This document shows, in pieces, positions 1-9,240 of a stretch of DNA of 64,000 nt (its first letter is position 1; the number at the start of each line of letters is the position of its first letter). Under the pieces are notes generated by a model. The model did not search any database, was not told the DNA's origin, and was given only the letters and a program-made list of their open reading frames with translations. Location of the stretch: NCBI GenBank assembly GCA_020850715.1, contig JADZED010000080.1, positions 68,524 through 132,523 on the forward strand, written 5' to 3'. Both the position numbers and the translations under genes were made by a program. The DNA is from Acidobacteriota bacterium. GTDB lineage: Bacteria > Acidobacteriota > Vicinamibacteria > Vicinamibacterales > CAVVIG01.

Positions 1-349
1 GGCGCGCTGGCGCGGCTCGGCGGAGTTCGACGCGGCGTTCTTCAAGCTGACCGGCACGCACCCGGCCTACCACGCGATGCAGGCCTATGCGGCGCTGCTG
101 ACGGCGGCCGCCGCCATCGACAAGGCGCCGGACGCCACGCCCGCGGCAATCCGCGACGCGATGAAGACGATCGACCTGCCGGACACGCCGTTCGGACCGA
201 TCTCCTTCGACGCGCGCGGGCAGAACCGCCACCCGGTGCTCATCACCCAGGTGCTCGGCGGCCAGTACAAGATCGTTCACCCGCCCGACGCGGCCGAGAC
301 GCAGGCCGTGCTGCCGACGCCGCCCTGGAGCGCGCGGAAGGGTCTGTGA
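1..349 (+). CDS. Branched-chain amino acid ABC transporter substrate-binding protein (LivJ/LivK-like), C-terminal fragment; gene starts upstream of window
   Basis: Frame is open from the window edge to TGA at 347-349 and is GC3-rich. It ends 1 nt before the livH-like permease and heads a livHMGF-type operon. Confidence 0.6.
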   Translation, partial: ARWRGSAEFDAAFFKLTGTHPAYHAMQAYAALLTAAAAIDKAPDATPAAIRDAMKTIDLPDTPFGPISFDARGQNRHPVLITQVLGGQYKIVHPPDAAETQAVLPTPPWSARKGL

Positions 350-350
350 G

Positions 351-1226
351 ATGACCGCGCAGGCGGCCGTGCAGGCCGCGATCAACGGGCTGCTGACCGG
401 CGGCCTCTACGCGCTCGTCGGCATGGGGCTCGCGCTCATCTTCGGCGTGATGCGCATCGTGAACTTCGCCCACGGCGCGTTCATGATGCTCGGCATGTAC
501 ATCACGTTCGTGGCGGTCGGGGCGACCGGCGTCAGCCCCTACCTGATGTTCCCCGTGGCCGGGCTCGTCATGTTCGTCTTCGGCGCGCTGGTGTACTACG
601 GCCTGCTCAGCCGCCTGCCGGCGGGCGCCGACTTCATGCAGATCCTCCTGACGATCGGCCTCAGCCTGATCTGCACCGACGCCGTGCAGCTGGTCTTTGG
701 CGCCGACTATCATCTGCTGAACACCGGCCTGGCGTCGACCAACCTTGCGCTCGGCTACGGGCTCAGCGTCAACGCGCCCTGGGTGGTGTCGTTCGCGATC
801 GCGGCGGCGATTTCGGTCGGTCTCTACCTGTTCGTGCTCCGCACCATGACCGGCCGCGCCGCGCGCGCGATCGCGCAGACGCCGGCGGCGGCGCCGCTCA
901 TGGGGATCAACGTCCATCGCGTGCAGGCGATCTCGTTCGCGGTCGGCACCGCCGCGGCCGGCGTTGCCGGCGCGCTGCTGCTGCCGGTGTTCTACCTCTA
1001 TCCGACCGTCGGCGATCAGTTCACCGAGAAGGCCTTCGTCATGGTCGTCCTCGGCGGCATGGGTTCCATCGTCGGCGCCGCGACCGCCGGCCTGGTGCTC
1101 GGCGTCGTCGAGAGCCTCACGAGCCTCTACTGGGGCAACCAGTGGGCGCTGGTGGTCGACTTCGTCCTGTTCGTGCTCGTGCTGTCGTTCAAGCCGGGCG
1201 GCATCTTCGGCACCGAGCGCGCATGA
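351..1226 (+). CDS. livH: Branched-chain amino acid ABC transporter permease (LivH type)
   Basis: 291-aa polytopic hydrophobic protein with a C-terminal 'VLGGMGSIVGA' permease motif. Operon context with livM/G/F. Confidence 0.9.
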   Translation: MTAQAAVQAAINGLLTGGLYALVGMGLALIFGVMRIVNFAHGAFMMLGMYITFVAVGATGVSPYLMFPVAGLVMFVFGALVYYGLLSRLPAGADFMQILLTIGLSLICTDAVQLVFGADYHLLNTGLASTNLALGYGLSVNAPWVVSFAIAAAISVGLYLFVLRTMTGRAARAIAQTPAAAPLMGINVHRVQAISFAVGTAAAGVAGALLLPVFYLYPTVGDQFTEKAFVMVVLGGMGSIVGAATAGLVLGVVESLTSLYWGNQWALVVDFVLFVLVLSFKPGGIFGTERA

Positions 1227-2185
1227 CGCGATCGCACGCGCTCGCCGCCGCCGCGTTCGCCGGCGCCCTGCTGGTCCCCTTCGTGGTGCGGAGCGACTAC
1301 ACGCTGCAGGTGCTCTTCCGCCTCTTCCTGTTCTCGGCGCTGGGGCTCGCGTGGAACCTGGTGGGCGGCTACGCGGGGCAGCTCTCGCTCGGCCACTCGG
1401 CCTACTTCGGCGCCGGCGCCTACGGGCTGGCGCTCTCGACCAGGCTCGGGCTCCCGGCGTGGCCGTCGGTCGGCGTGGGCATCCTGGTCGCGATGCTCTT
1501 CGCGCTCGTGATCGGCGGCGTCTCGTTCCGCCTGCGCGGTCCCTACTTCGCGCTCGCCACGATCGCGTGCGCCGAGATCCTCAGGCTCTCGGCCAAGAAC
1601 CTGACCGGACTCACCGGCGGCGACGTCGGGGCCGCCGTCCCGGCCCTCTTCTCGGGCCAGGTGGTGCGCAGCTTCTACTGGTCGGCGGTGCTCCTCGCCT
1701 CGCTCGCGGCGGCGGCGACGCTGGCCGTCACGCGCAGCCGCTTCGGCTACTACCTGATGGCGATCCGCGAAGACGAGGACACGGCGCTGTCGGTCGGCAT
1801 CGACACGGCGAAGACCAAGCTCGCCGCGCTCCTGATCAGCGCCGCGCTCACCGCGGTCGCCGGCTCGCTCTACGCCAGCCTCTTCCTCTACATCGTGCCG
1901 GACCAGGTCTTCGGCCTCGACATCTCGAACGAAGTGGCGATCGTCGCCATGCTCGGCGGCGTCGGCACGATCGCCGGCCCCATCGTCGGCGCGCTCATCC
2001 TCGAGACCGCCTCCGAGCTGTTCAAGAACGTCTTCCTCGAAGCCCACCTCCTCATCTACGGCGGGCTCCTGGTGTTCGTCGTCCTCTTCCTCCCCGACGG
2101 CATCGTCGGCACGATCGTGCGGCGGCGCACGCTCGCGCGCCGCCGGGCGAAGCCGCCGCGGGCGCCCGATCATGCCGCTGCTTGA
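1223..2185 (+). CDS. livM: Branched-chain amino acid ABC transporter permease (LivM type)
   Basis: ATG at 1223 overlaps the livH stop (ATGA). Hydrophobic, with 'GQLSLGHSAYFGAGAY'. The upstream part of listed ORF 1142..2185 overlaps livH and was discarded. Confidence 0.85.
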   Translation: MTRSHALAAAAFAGALLVPFVVRSDYTLQVLFRLFLFSALGLAWNLVGGYAGQLSLGHSAYFGAGAYGLALSTRLGLPAWPSVGVGILVAMLFALVIGGVSFRLRGPYFALATIACAEILRLSAKNLTGLTGGDVGAAVPALFSGQVVRSFYWSAVLLASLAAAATLAVTRSRFGYYLMAIREDEDTALSVGIDTAKTKLAALLISAALTAVAGSLYASLFLYIVPDQVFGLDISNEVAIVAMLGGVGTIAGPIVGALILETASELFKNVFLEAHLLIYGGLLVFVVLFLPDGIVGTIVRRRTLARRRAKPPRAPDHAAA

Positions 2186-2906
2186 AGTGGACCGCGTCAG
2201 CAAGCGCTTCGGCGGCCTGCGCGCCGTCAGCGGCGCCTCGTTCTCGATCGGCGAGAAGGAGATCGTGTTCCTCGTCGGCCCGAACGGCGCCGGCAAGACC
2301 ACGCTGTTCAACCTGATCACCGGCTTCATCCACCCCGACGAGGGCCGGATCCGGTTCGCGGGAACCGACGTCACCCTCATCACGCCGAACCGCGCCGCGC
2401 GGCTCGGCATCGGCCGCACGTTCCAGATCGTGAAGCCGCTCGGCAGCCTGACCGTGCTGGAGAACGTCATGCTCGGCGCGTTCCTCCACACCGCCAGCCG
2501 CGCCAGGGCGGCCCACGACGCGCGGGAGGTGCTCGCGTATCTGCGGATGGAGGCGGTGGCCGCGGCGACGGCGCGCGATCTGCCGCTCGCGATGCTGAAG
2601 CGGCTCGAGATTGCGCGGGCGCTCGCGACCAGGCCGAAGCTGATCCTGCTCGACGAGGTGGTGTCGGGTCTGTCGACCGCCGAGGCGATGGCGCTCGCCG
2701 CGCTGCTCCAGAAGCTGCCGGAGCGGGGCGTCGCGGCGGTCGGCGGCGTCGAGCACGTGATGCGGGTCGTCGTGAGCATCGCCAATCGGGTCGTGGTCCT
2801 CGACCATGGCGCGCAGATCGCCGAGGGAGAGCCGCACGACGTGGTACGGATGCCGGCGGTCGTGGAGGCCTACCTGGGGGCGAAGTTCCGGGAGCGCCAC
2901 CTGTGA
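2172..2906 (+). CDS. livG: Branched-chain amino acid ABC transporter ATP-binding protein (LivG type)
   Basis: Walker A 'GPNGAGKTT' and Walker B 'LILLDE'. Overlaps the livM end. Confidence 0.9.
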   Translation: MPLLEVDRVSKRFGGLRAVSGASFSIGEKEIVFLVGPNGAGKTTLFNLITGFIHPDEGRIRFAGTDVTLITPNRAARLGIGRTFQIVKPLGSLTVLENVMLGAFLHTASRARAAHDAREVLAYLRMEAVAAATARDLPLAMLKRLEIARALATRPKLILLDEVVSGLSTAEAMALAALLQKLPERGVAAVGGVEHVMRVVVSIANRVVVLDHGAQIAEGEPHDVVRMPAVVEAYLGAKFRERHL

Positions 2907-3625
2907 GCCAGCCGTTGCTGCAGGTCGAAGGCGTCGAAGCGGGCTACGGCAGCCTCCGCGCGCTCGCCGACATCACGCTGCACGTCGACGCCGGCGAGAT
3001 CGTCACGCTGGTCGGCGCCAACGGCGCGGGCAAGACGACGACGCTGCGGGTCGTCTCGGGCCTCGTGCACCCGACGCGGGGGATCGTCCGCTTCGCCGGA
3101 GAGGACATCTCGCGGCTGCCGCCGCACGAGATCGTCGAGCGCGGCATCAGCCACGTGCCGGAGGGGCGCAAGCTGTTTCCGCACATGACGGTCGCCGAGA
3201 ACCTGGCGCTTGGCGCCTACAGCCGCCACGCCCGCGCCCGCATGCGCGAGGCGCTCGAGGAGCAGCTGGCCACGTTTCCGCGCGTCAAGGAGCGGCTCGC
3301 CCAGCTCGCCGGCACGCTGTCGGGTGGCGAGCAGCAGATGGTGGCGATCGCGCGCGGGCTGATGGCGAGTCCGCGGCTGCTGCTGCTCGACGAACCGTCG
3401 CTCGGCCTGGCGCCGAAGATCGTCGAGGAGATGTTCGCCAAGATCGCCGAGATCGGGGCGAAGGGGACGACCGTCCTCATCGTCGAGCAGAACGTCGTCG
3501 AGGGGCTGAGCATCTCCTCGCGCGGCTATGTGATCGAGAACGGCGAGGTCGACCGCACGCTGGGATCGTCGGCTGCGGAGCTCCTGAGCAACGAGCGGCT
3601 GCGATCGGCCTATTTCGGGCTGTGA
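2903..3625 (+). CDS. livF: Branched-chain amino acid ABC transporter ATP-binding protein (LivF type)
   Basis: GTG start overlaps the livG stop (GTGA). Walker A 'GANGAGKTT', signature 'LSGGEQQ', Walker B 'LLLLDEPS'. Confidence 0.9.
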   Translation: MSQPLLQVEGVEAGYGSLRALADITLHVDAGEIVTLVGANGAGKTTTLRVVSGLVHPTRGIVRFAGEDISRLPPHEIVERGISHVPEGRKLFPHMTVAENLALGAYSRHARARMREALEEQLATFPRVKERLAQLAGTLSGGEQQMVAIARGLMASPRLLLLDEPSLGLAPKIVEEMFAKIAEIGAKGTTVLIVEQNVVEGLSISSRGYVIENGEVDRTLGSSAAELLSNERLRSAYFGL

Positions 3626-3766
3626 AGCCACGCCGGCGGTCCTGCCCCCAACGCCCCATCCGGCGCTCGGCGAACAGCACGGGTCGCCTCGTCGCTTGCG
3701 CGCCGGGCGGGGCGGCACGTTCGCGGCCACCCGCGCCGCACTCGACAGGCGATCGGACCGGGTGCG

Positions 3767-5146
3767 CTAACGCGTGACCGCAGTGAAGTAGTCGGGCAAC
3801 CCGGGCTTGGTGTCCTTCAGAATCTCCACAATCGCCTGCCGATCGGCCAGCGGGAGCTTCTGCGCGTAGATCGCCGAGCTCTCCGATCCCGACAGCACCT
3901 CCCACAGCCGGCGGTAGACCGCGTCGCGTGCCGCCTCCGGCAGGCGATCGAACGACGGCGTGTAGATCATGTAGCTGCAGGGATACCGCATCAGGCGGGT
4001 GGCGAGATCGAGCTGCCGGAGCGAGCGCCCCTTGCGGTCGCGCGGACCCCCGGCCTGGAAGACGTCCGCAAAGCGGCTCGTGCCCTCGATGCGGCCCGAC
4101 AGCTTCGCCTCGTCCACAAACAGCATGTAGTCGACGACCTCCCGTGCCATCTCGTCCACCGGCCGCGACGTCAGCGCCGCGAGGTCCTCGGTCCGGGTGC
4201 GGGTGGCCGCGATCAGCCCCTCGTCGTCGGGCAGCGGCGCGAGCACGGCGTTGGCCGCGAGCGCCTTCGCTTCGGGCGTGGCGATGCGCGCCTCCCAGCC
4301 CATGCGCGTGAACAGGTTGACCATGCGCATCTGGTGCTCGAGCACCATCAGCGCCACGATGTCGCTGTGCGGGGAGAGATAGCCGGCGAGATCGACCCGT
4401 CCCACGAGCGAGGCGACGTTCTGGTTCCCGTCCTGCACCAGCGTCGTGAAATCGGCGTCGTCGGCCACGACCGCGTTGCCCATGTGGCGCGCGGCGCCGT
4501 GCCGGCCGGTCACGTACCAGCCGCCCCATCGCAGCTCGAGCGGCGTGCGGTGATCGACCTCGTACACGGGCGCGTAGAGCGGCATCCCGTCCTCGCCCGG
4601 ATGGACGCTGCCGGCGAAGAGCCCCGGCACCTCCAGCGTCGTCGTCGCGATGTGGCACGAGAGGCAGGCCGCGTTGCGGACGAACTTCGGCGGCCGGTCG
4701 GGGTTGTCCACCAGCGTGTAGAAGATCGTCCCCTGTTCGGGATCCTGCGAAGCGAATTCGATGAGATCGCCGCCGCGCACCCAGCCCACGGCGACCTGGT
4801 CGTTGTAGTAGAGCGCGCGCGGATTGGCGGGCGAGATCAGCCGCGCCTGAAAGCTGGTCTTCGACAGCACGAGAAGCTGCGATTCCACCGGGACGCCGAG
4901 GGCGTCGAGCACCGATCGCAGATAGCCGGTCTCGCCTTCGTACTTCAGCGCCACGTCGCCGGCGCGCACCTTCCTGTCGAGATCGGCAACCGGATCGTGC
5001 GGCGGCCGCCGCCAGTAGTCGATCGCCGGATGGCGGCTCGCGGCCGAAAACGGCGCCGAGAGCTGCGCCGAGAACACCGCCGCCGCGGCGTGGAGGAGCA
5101 GGCCGGCGCCGGCAAACAGGGGAAACAGCGCACGCCTCATCGACAT
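3767..5146 (-). CDS. Secreted hypothetical protein with a single CxxCH haem-c attachment motif
   Basis: Signal-like N-terminus 'MSMRRALFPLFAGAGLLLHAAAA' and the motif 'NAACLSCHIATT'. Starts 7 nt after the Rrf2 stop, so probably co-transcribed with it. Confidence 0.6.
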   Translation of the reverse strand: MSMRRALFPLFAGAGLLLHAAAAVFSAQLSAPFSAASRHPAIDYWRRPPHDPVADLDRKVRAGDVALKYEGETGYLRSVLDALGVPVESQLLVLSKTSFQARLISPANPRALYYNDQVAVGWVRGGDLIEFASQDPEQGTIFYTLVDNPDRPPKFVRNAACLSCHIATTTLEVPGLFAGSVHPGEDGMPLYAPVYEVDHRTPLELRWGGWYVTGRHGAARHMGNAVVADDADFTTLVQDGNQNVASLVGRVDLAGYLSPHSDIVALMVLEHQMRMVNLFTRMGWEARIATPEAKALAANAVLAPLPDDEGLIAATRTRTEDLAALTSRPVDEMAREVVDYMLFVDEAKLSGRIEGTSRFADVFQAGGPRDRKGRSLRQLDLATRLMRYPCSYMIYTPSFDRLPEAARDAVYRRLWEVLSGSESSAIYAQKLPLADRQAIVEILKDTKPGLPDYFTAVTR

Positions 5147-5153
5147 GGCGCGT

Positions 5154-5609
5154 TCAACCCGCGGCAGGCCGCGCGGCGGTCACGCGCAGGAGGCGCTTCA
5201 CCTCGGGCGCGCGCGGCATGAAGTCGGCGAGGGTGTGGCTGTCGAGCACGTCCACGAACGCGTGCTGCGCATGCCTGAGCACGGCCTTGAGCCCGCACAC
5301 CGGCTCGATGGGACAGGTGTTGGTCTGCGCGTCGAAACACTCGACCAGCGTCCAGTTGCTCTCGGTGCGGCGCACCAGCGCGCCCACGTTGATGTCGGAG
5401 GGCGCGCGCGCCAGGCGCAGGCCGCCGAGCCGGCCGCGAACGCTCGAGACGAGCCCTTCGGCGATCAGCATCTGCACGACCTTCACGAGAATGTGCGGCG
5501 AGATCCGGTACGCGCGGCTTACTTCGCCGATCGAGACGGGACGTTCGTCGTGGAGGGCGAGGTAGAGCAGCAGGCGCAGCGCATAGTCGGAGAACTTGGT
5601 GAGGTGCAT
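5154..5609 (-). CDS. Rrf2 family transcriptional regulator (NsrR/IscR-like, Fe-S type)
   Basis: N-terminal 'MHLTKFSDYALRLLLYLA', HTH 'ISPHILVKVVQMLIAEGLVSSVRGRLGG', and Cx7Cx5C ligand pattern 'ECFDAQTNTCPIEPVC'. Confidence 0.9.
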   Translation of the reverse strand: MHLTKFSDYALRLLLYLALHDERPVSIGEVSRAYRISPHILVKVVQMLIAEGLVSSVRGRLGGLRLARAPSDINVGALVRRTESNWTLVECFDAQTNTCPIEPVCGLKAVLRHAQHAFVDVLDSHTLADFMPRAPEVKRLLRVTAARPAAG

Positions 5610-5635
5610 CGCCGATCCGCGGAGAGCGTATCACC

Positions 5636-5652
5636 AAACGTATATGTCGTTT
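5636..5652. promoter_or_regulatory. Candidate Rrf2 autoregulatory operator (AAACG-N7-CGTTT) in an AT-rich patch
   Basis: Inverted repeat 'aaacgtatatgtcgttt' lies 27 nt upstream of the Rrf2 start, in an otherwise GC-rich genome. Confidence 0.25.
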
Positions 5653-5711
5653 ACATGATTTGCCGCGTTCGAGAGACCATCTTCGCCATTCCGCAGGGTA
5701 GCTCTTGTTGG

Positions 5712-6518
5712 TCAGTGACTTGCACGGCTGACTTGGCTCCGCAGCCGCTCCGCCTCGGCCTTTGAGAAGGTCCAGTCGCGCGGCATCTCCCGCGCCAGTT
5801 CCGCCGACGTCCACTTTGCGCGCATCAGCCCGCGCCGGGGATGCGTCGTCGTGCCGAGCAGCAGATGGCCGATCTCGTGCACCATCACGTGCCCGACCAG
5901 CTCCCCCGCTCCGATCCGGGCGCTCGCAGCGAGTCGCTCGACGCGGTCCACATAGATCGTCGCGAACGTACCTCCGCCGGCGGAGGTGTCGACGGCGGCG
6001 CTGCCGAGCGTGTCGCTGCCGAGCGGGTCTGCGGAGCGCGGATGCAGCGCCTGCGTGATGCGTACGATCAGCTCCCCCCTGGACGGTTGAATACCGCAGC
6101 GCTGAGCGGTGGCTTCGCGGTCCATCGCACAGACGAGCCACCGGACGTTCAGCTTTGCCGACCGCAAGGCGTCCCGCGTCGTATCCATCGCGGCGGCGAG
6201 CTCGTCGTCGGGCAGGCCAGCGGCGACATAGAGGCGGATGACGATGAGGAGGGAGCGTGCGGCGTCGGACGTGGCCTCGCCGCCGTCCCCGCCGGCGGGT
6301 GCGTCGATGAGCCGGTTGTGCGCGTCCTCGCTGTAGATCCGGAACCCGGAGTCGTGGTTGGCCGAGATCACGTTGCCGTGGAAGATGTTCTGATTCGAAA
6401 TCTCTGAGGAGTCTCCCGTGCTGTCGACGGCGACGATGGCCCCGGTCGCGTTCCCCGCGACGAGGAGGCACACGAGCGCGGCGAGTGCCTGCGCAGAGGC
6501 GATTCGGGGGATGCGCAT
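5712..6518 (-). CDS. Putative secreted zinc metalloprotease (HExxH)
   Basis: Start taken at the internal ATG (6518), which gives the signal peptide 'MRIPRIASAQALAALVCLLVAGNATG'. 'HVMVHEIGHLLLG' near the C-terminus. Confidence 0.5.
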   Translation of the reverse strand: MRIPRIASAQALAALVCLLVAGNATGAIVAVDSTGDSSEISNQNIFHGNVISANHDSGFRIYSEDAHNRLIDAPAGGDGGEATSDAARSLLIVIRLYVAAGLPDDELAAAMDTTRDALRSAKLNVRWLVCAMDREATAQRCGIQPSRGELIVRITQALHPRSADPLGSDTLGSAAVDTSAGGGTFATIYVDRVERLAASARIGAGELVGHVMVHEIGHLLLGTTTHPRRGLMRAKWTSAELAREMPRDWTFSKAEAERLRSQVSRASH

Positions 6519-6894
6519 CCTGTCGCGGGAGGTCGTAGCAAGAGGCGTACGGAGCTGAGCGGCGCCGAATGGCAGAATACGGCCGGATCTGGGGAAGCGG
6601 GGATTCCCCGCTGCACGGAAGACCGCCAGACGGGAGACAAAAGGTCGCCGGTCGCTGCGCATCCGGCGCGGTCGTGCCCTATCGTCGACCGGTGCGGGGA
6701 GAGCGAGAAGTTGGAGACGAGGGTCTTCTTGCGCACGACCGGGCGGGAGATTCGAAGCTGCCTGCCCCGAACCTCCCGCCGCGCTGACCGGCGGCTCATT
6801 CAGTCCGACGACCGAGACTGACGAGACTGAGAGCCCGACGACTGGGCCTGACGCCAGAGACCGATGACTGACGACTGGCCGGCTGGCGACTGCT

Positions 6895-9051
6895 CTATCG
6901 CACGCTCGCCGTCGCCGCCGCTCCCGCCCCCTGGCGTGCGAGCGCCGCCGCCTTCTCGATCGTTCCCTTCGCCCGGCTGATCGCCTCGCTCAGGTGCGCC
7001 GCCTGTTCCTTCGCGAGATCCCACTGCTGCTCTTCCATCGCCTCGCGCACGCCGGGGAGCGTCTTGGCGGCGTAGCCGGTGTAGTAGCCGGGCGCGGTCA
7101 GCAGGTACTTGTACCAGGGGCGGCGCGGCAGCCCGCGTTGGTCGGTGAAGTCGCGCTCCACCTGCATCACCAGGCCGTTGAGCTCCGGCAGCACCTTGTC
7201 GCGCCCGGCGGCCGGCGAGGCGAGCAGCGTCTCGATTGCCGCGTTCGCGTCGACGGCCGATTCACGCATGCCCGCGGCTGCCGCCGCGAGCCCGGCGAGC
7301 GTCCCGCGCATCTGTCCCGCCGTGTCGAGGCCTTGCAGATCGTCGAGCTCGCGGAGGATGTAGTCGGCGGTGGCGGTGTACTCGAACGGCAGGACGTCTG
7401 CGCTCGCGAGGCGCATCAGCATCTTCGCGATCGTGTCCGCCTGCGAGACGCCGTACTTGTAGCCGGGATCGCCGTACTTCTGGTACGCCGCGAACGTGTC
7501 GTACAGCGAATGGCGGACGCCCGACGCGCCGCCGCTGAACCCGGGGCCGAGCGACGGCACGCCGAGGTGATCGATGAACACGGTGTAGTCCGAGCCGGAG
7601 CCGAGCGCGTCGAGCCGGATCGGCTCGTTCGGCTGCTGCGCCACCCACGCGTCGTACAGGCTCTTGCCGGATGGGTGCGACGCGTCCTTCGTCGTCTCGA
7701 TCACCCACTTCTCGAGCGAGCTGTTGCCGTCGACGCCCCAGTTGCCGGCCCCGTAGCTCTCGCGGTTCATGTAGACGACCATGTTCTTCTTCAGATCGTC
7801 GCCGAACTGCTCGCCGTGCTCGGTGGAGCCGAGCAGGAAGAATTCCTCGCCGTCCCAGCTCCCGAGCTGGATCGTCCGGCGCGGCCGGAACCCCTGCTTG
7901 ACGGCGGTCGAGATCGCCCGCGCCGTCTCGAGCAGCGAGGCGGCGCCGCTGGTCGGATCGGCCGCCCCCATCACCCACGCATCCCGGTGGCCCGCCGCCA
8001 TCACGATCCGCTCGGGCTCGACCGAGCCGCGCAGCGAGGCGATGACGTTCCAGACCGGCCGCTGCTGGTAGTCGTTCTCGATGTGCATCGAGACCTTCGC
8101 CGGCCCCGGACCGATGTGATAGGTGAGCGGCAGCCCGCCCTGCCAGCCGCGCGGCGCGGCCTCTCCTGCCTGAAGGTGCACGAGCAGCTTCTGCGCCTCG
8201 CCGTACGAGATCACGATCGTCGGGATCTTCTGGATGCTCTCGGCCGCCTCGGGCGCGATCCGCTCGACGCCGGGAATCGACGGCGTGCCGGGCGTGAGCG
8301 GATCGCCCGGGTAGATCGGCACGTCGAGGAAGCTCCCGCGCTCGAAACCGGTCGAGGGCCGATACCTCCCTTTCGGGTACACGTCGCCCCGCACGTAGCC
8401 GTCGTCGGCCGGATCGGAGTAGACGATCGAGCCGATCGCCCCGCGCTTGTACGCCTCGCGCGTCTTCATCCCGCGCATCTGCGACGGCTGGCCGCCGTAG
8501 CGCGCGATCGCAATCTTCCCCTTCAGCGAGACGCCCATCCTGTCCAGCAGCCGGTAGTCCTCGATGCGGCCGTAGTTGACGTACACCAGCTCGCCTTCGA
8601 CATCGCCGGAGCCGACATATGCGGCGAACGCCGGCAGCGCGCCCTTCGTGTGGGCGCTGTCGGGATCTTCGGGGATCGACGGCTCGGTGAGGGAGAGATC
8701 GACCTTCTCGGGAAACGTGAGGCTCACGCGGTTGTTGCCCGGCCACGGGATGTAGACGTCGTACTTGTTCATCTTGACGTCGAAGCCGAGCGCCTTGTAC
8801 TTGTCGGCGAGATAGACGGCGTAGTCGTAGTTGGTCTTGCTGCCGACGACGTGCGGCTCGAGCGTGATCGCCCGGTGAATCTCCTTCATGCGATCGGCGT
8901 TCGGCACGGTGGACATGATCCGCTCGGCGGCGCGTTCGCGTTCGGCGCCCTGGGCGGAAAACCCCATCATCGGGGCCGGTTGCTGCGCGTGTGCGACGGC
9001 CGCGGCCAGCGCGGCCGCCGCGGCGATGGCGGCAAGAGATTTCGCGTTCAT
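6895..9051 (-). CDS. M28 family peptidase, glutamate carboxypeptidase II / transferrin-receptor-like (PA + M28 + dimerisation domain)
   Basis: ATG at 9051 is preceded by GGAGGAGCC and followed by the signal 'MNAKSLAAIAAAAALAAAVAHAQ'. 'GHRDAWVMGAADPTSGAASLLE' resembles the GCPII zinc-site region. Confidence 0.8.
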   Translation of the reverse strand: MNAKSLAAIAAAAALAAAVAHAQQPAPMMGFSAQGAERERAAERIMSTVPNADRMKEIHRAITLEPHVVGSKTNYDYAVYLADKYKALGFDVKMNKYDVYIPWPGNNRVSLTFPEKVDLSLTEPSIPEDPDSAHTKGALPAFAAYVGSGDVEGELVYVNYGRIEDYRLLDRMGVSLKGKIAIARYGGQPSQMRGMKTREAYKRGAIGSIVYSDPADDGYVRGDVYPKGRYRPSTGFERGSFLDVPIYPGDPLTPGTPSIPGVERIAPEAAESIQKIPTIVISYGEAQKLLVHLQAGEAAPRGWQGGLPLTYHIGPGPAKVSMHIENDYQQRPVWNVIASLRGSVEPERIVMAAGHRDAWVMGAADPTSGAASLLETARAISTAVKQGFRPRRTIQLGSWDGEEFFLLGSTEHGEQFGDDLKKNMVVYMNRESYGAGNWGVDGNSSLEKWVIETTKDASHPSGKSLYDAWVAQQPNEPIRLDALGSGSDYTVFIDHLGVPSLGPGFSGGASGVRHSLYDTFAAYQKYGDPGYKYGVSQADTIAKMLMRLASADVLPFEYTATADYILRELDDLQGLDTAGQMRGTLAGLAAAAAGMRESAVDANAAIETLLASPAAGRDKVLPELNGLVMQVERDFTDQRGLPRRPWYKYLLTAPGYYTGYAAKTLPGVREAMEEQQWDLAKEQAAHLSEAISRAKGTIEKAAALARQGAGAAATASVR

Positions 9052-9240
9052 GGCTCCTCCCTGGTTGAGATCGACGGGCATACAGGCGGGAACAGACGCC
9101 GGCAGGCATCGCGTACGGCGCCGGGGAATGGAGAGCCGGCGCCCCGACGCTGCCACGCGCGTCGTGATCCGTCTGGCGGCAGTCGAGTATACTGCCGCGG
9201 CACTGCAGCACAGAAGCGGCGGCCTCGAGTTGACCTCAAA

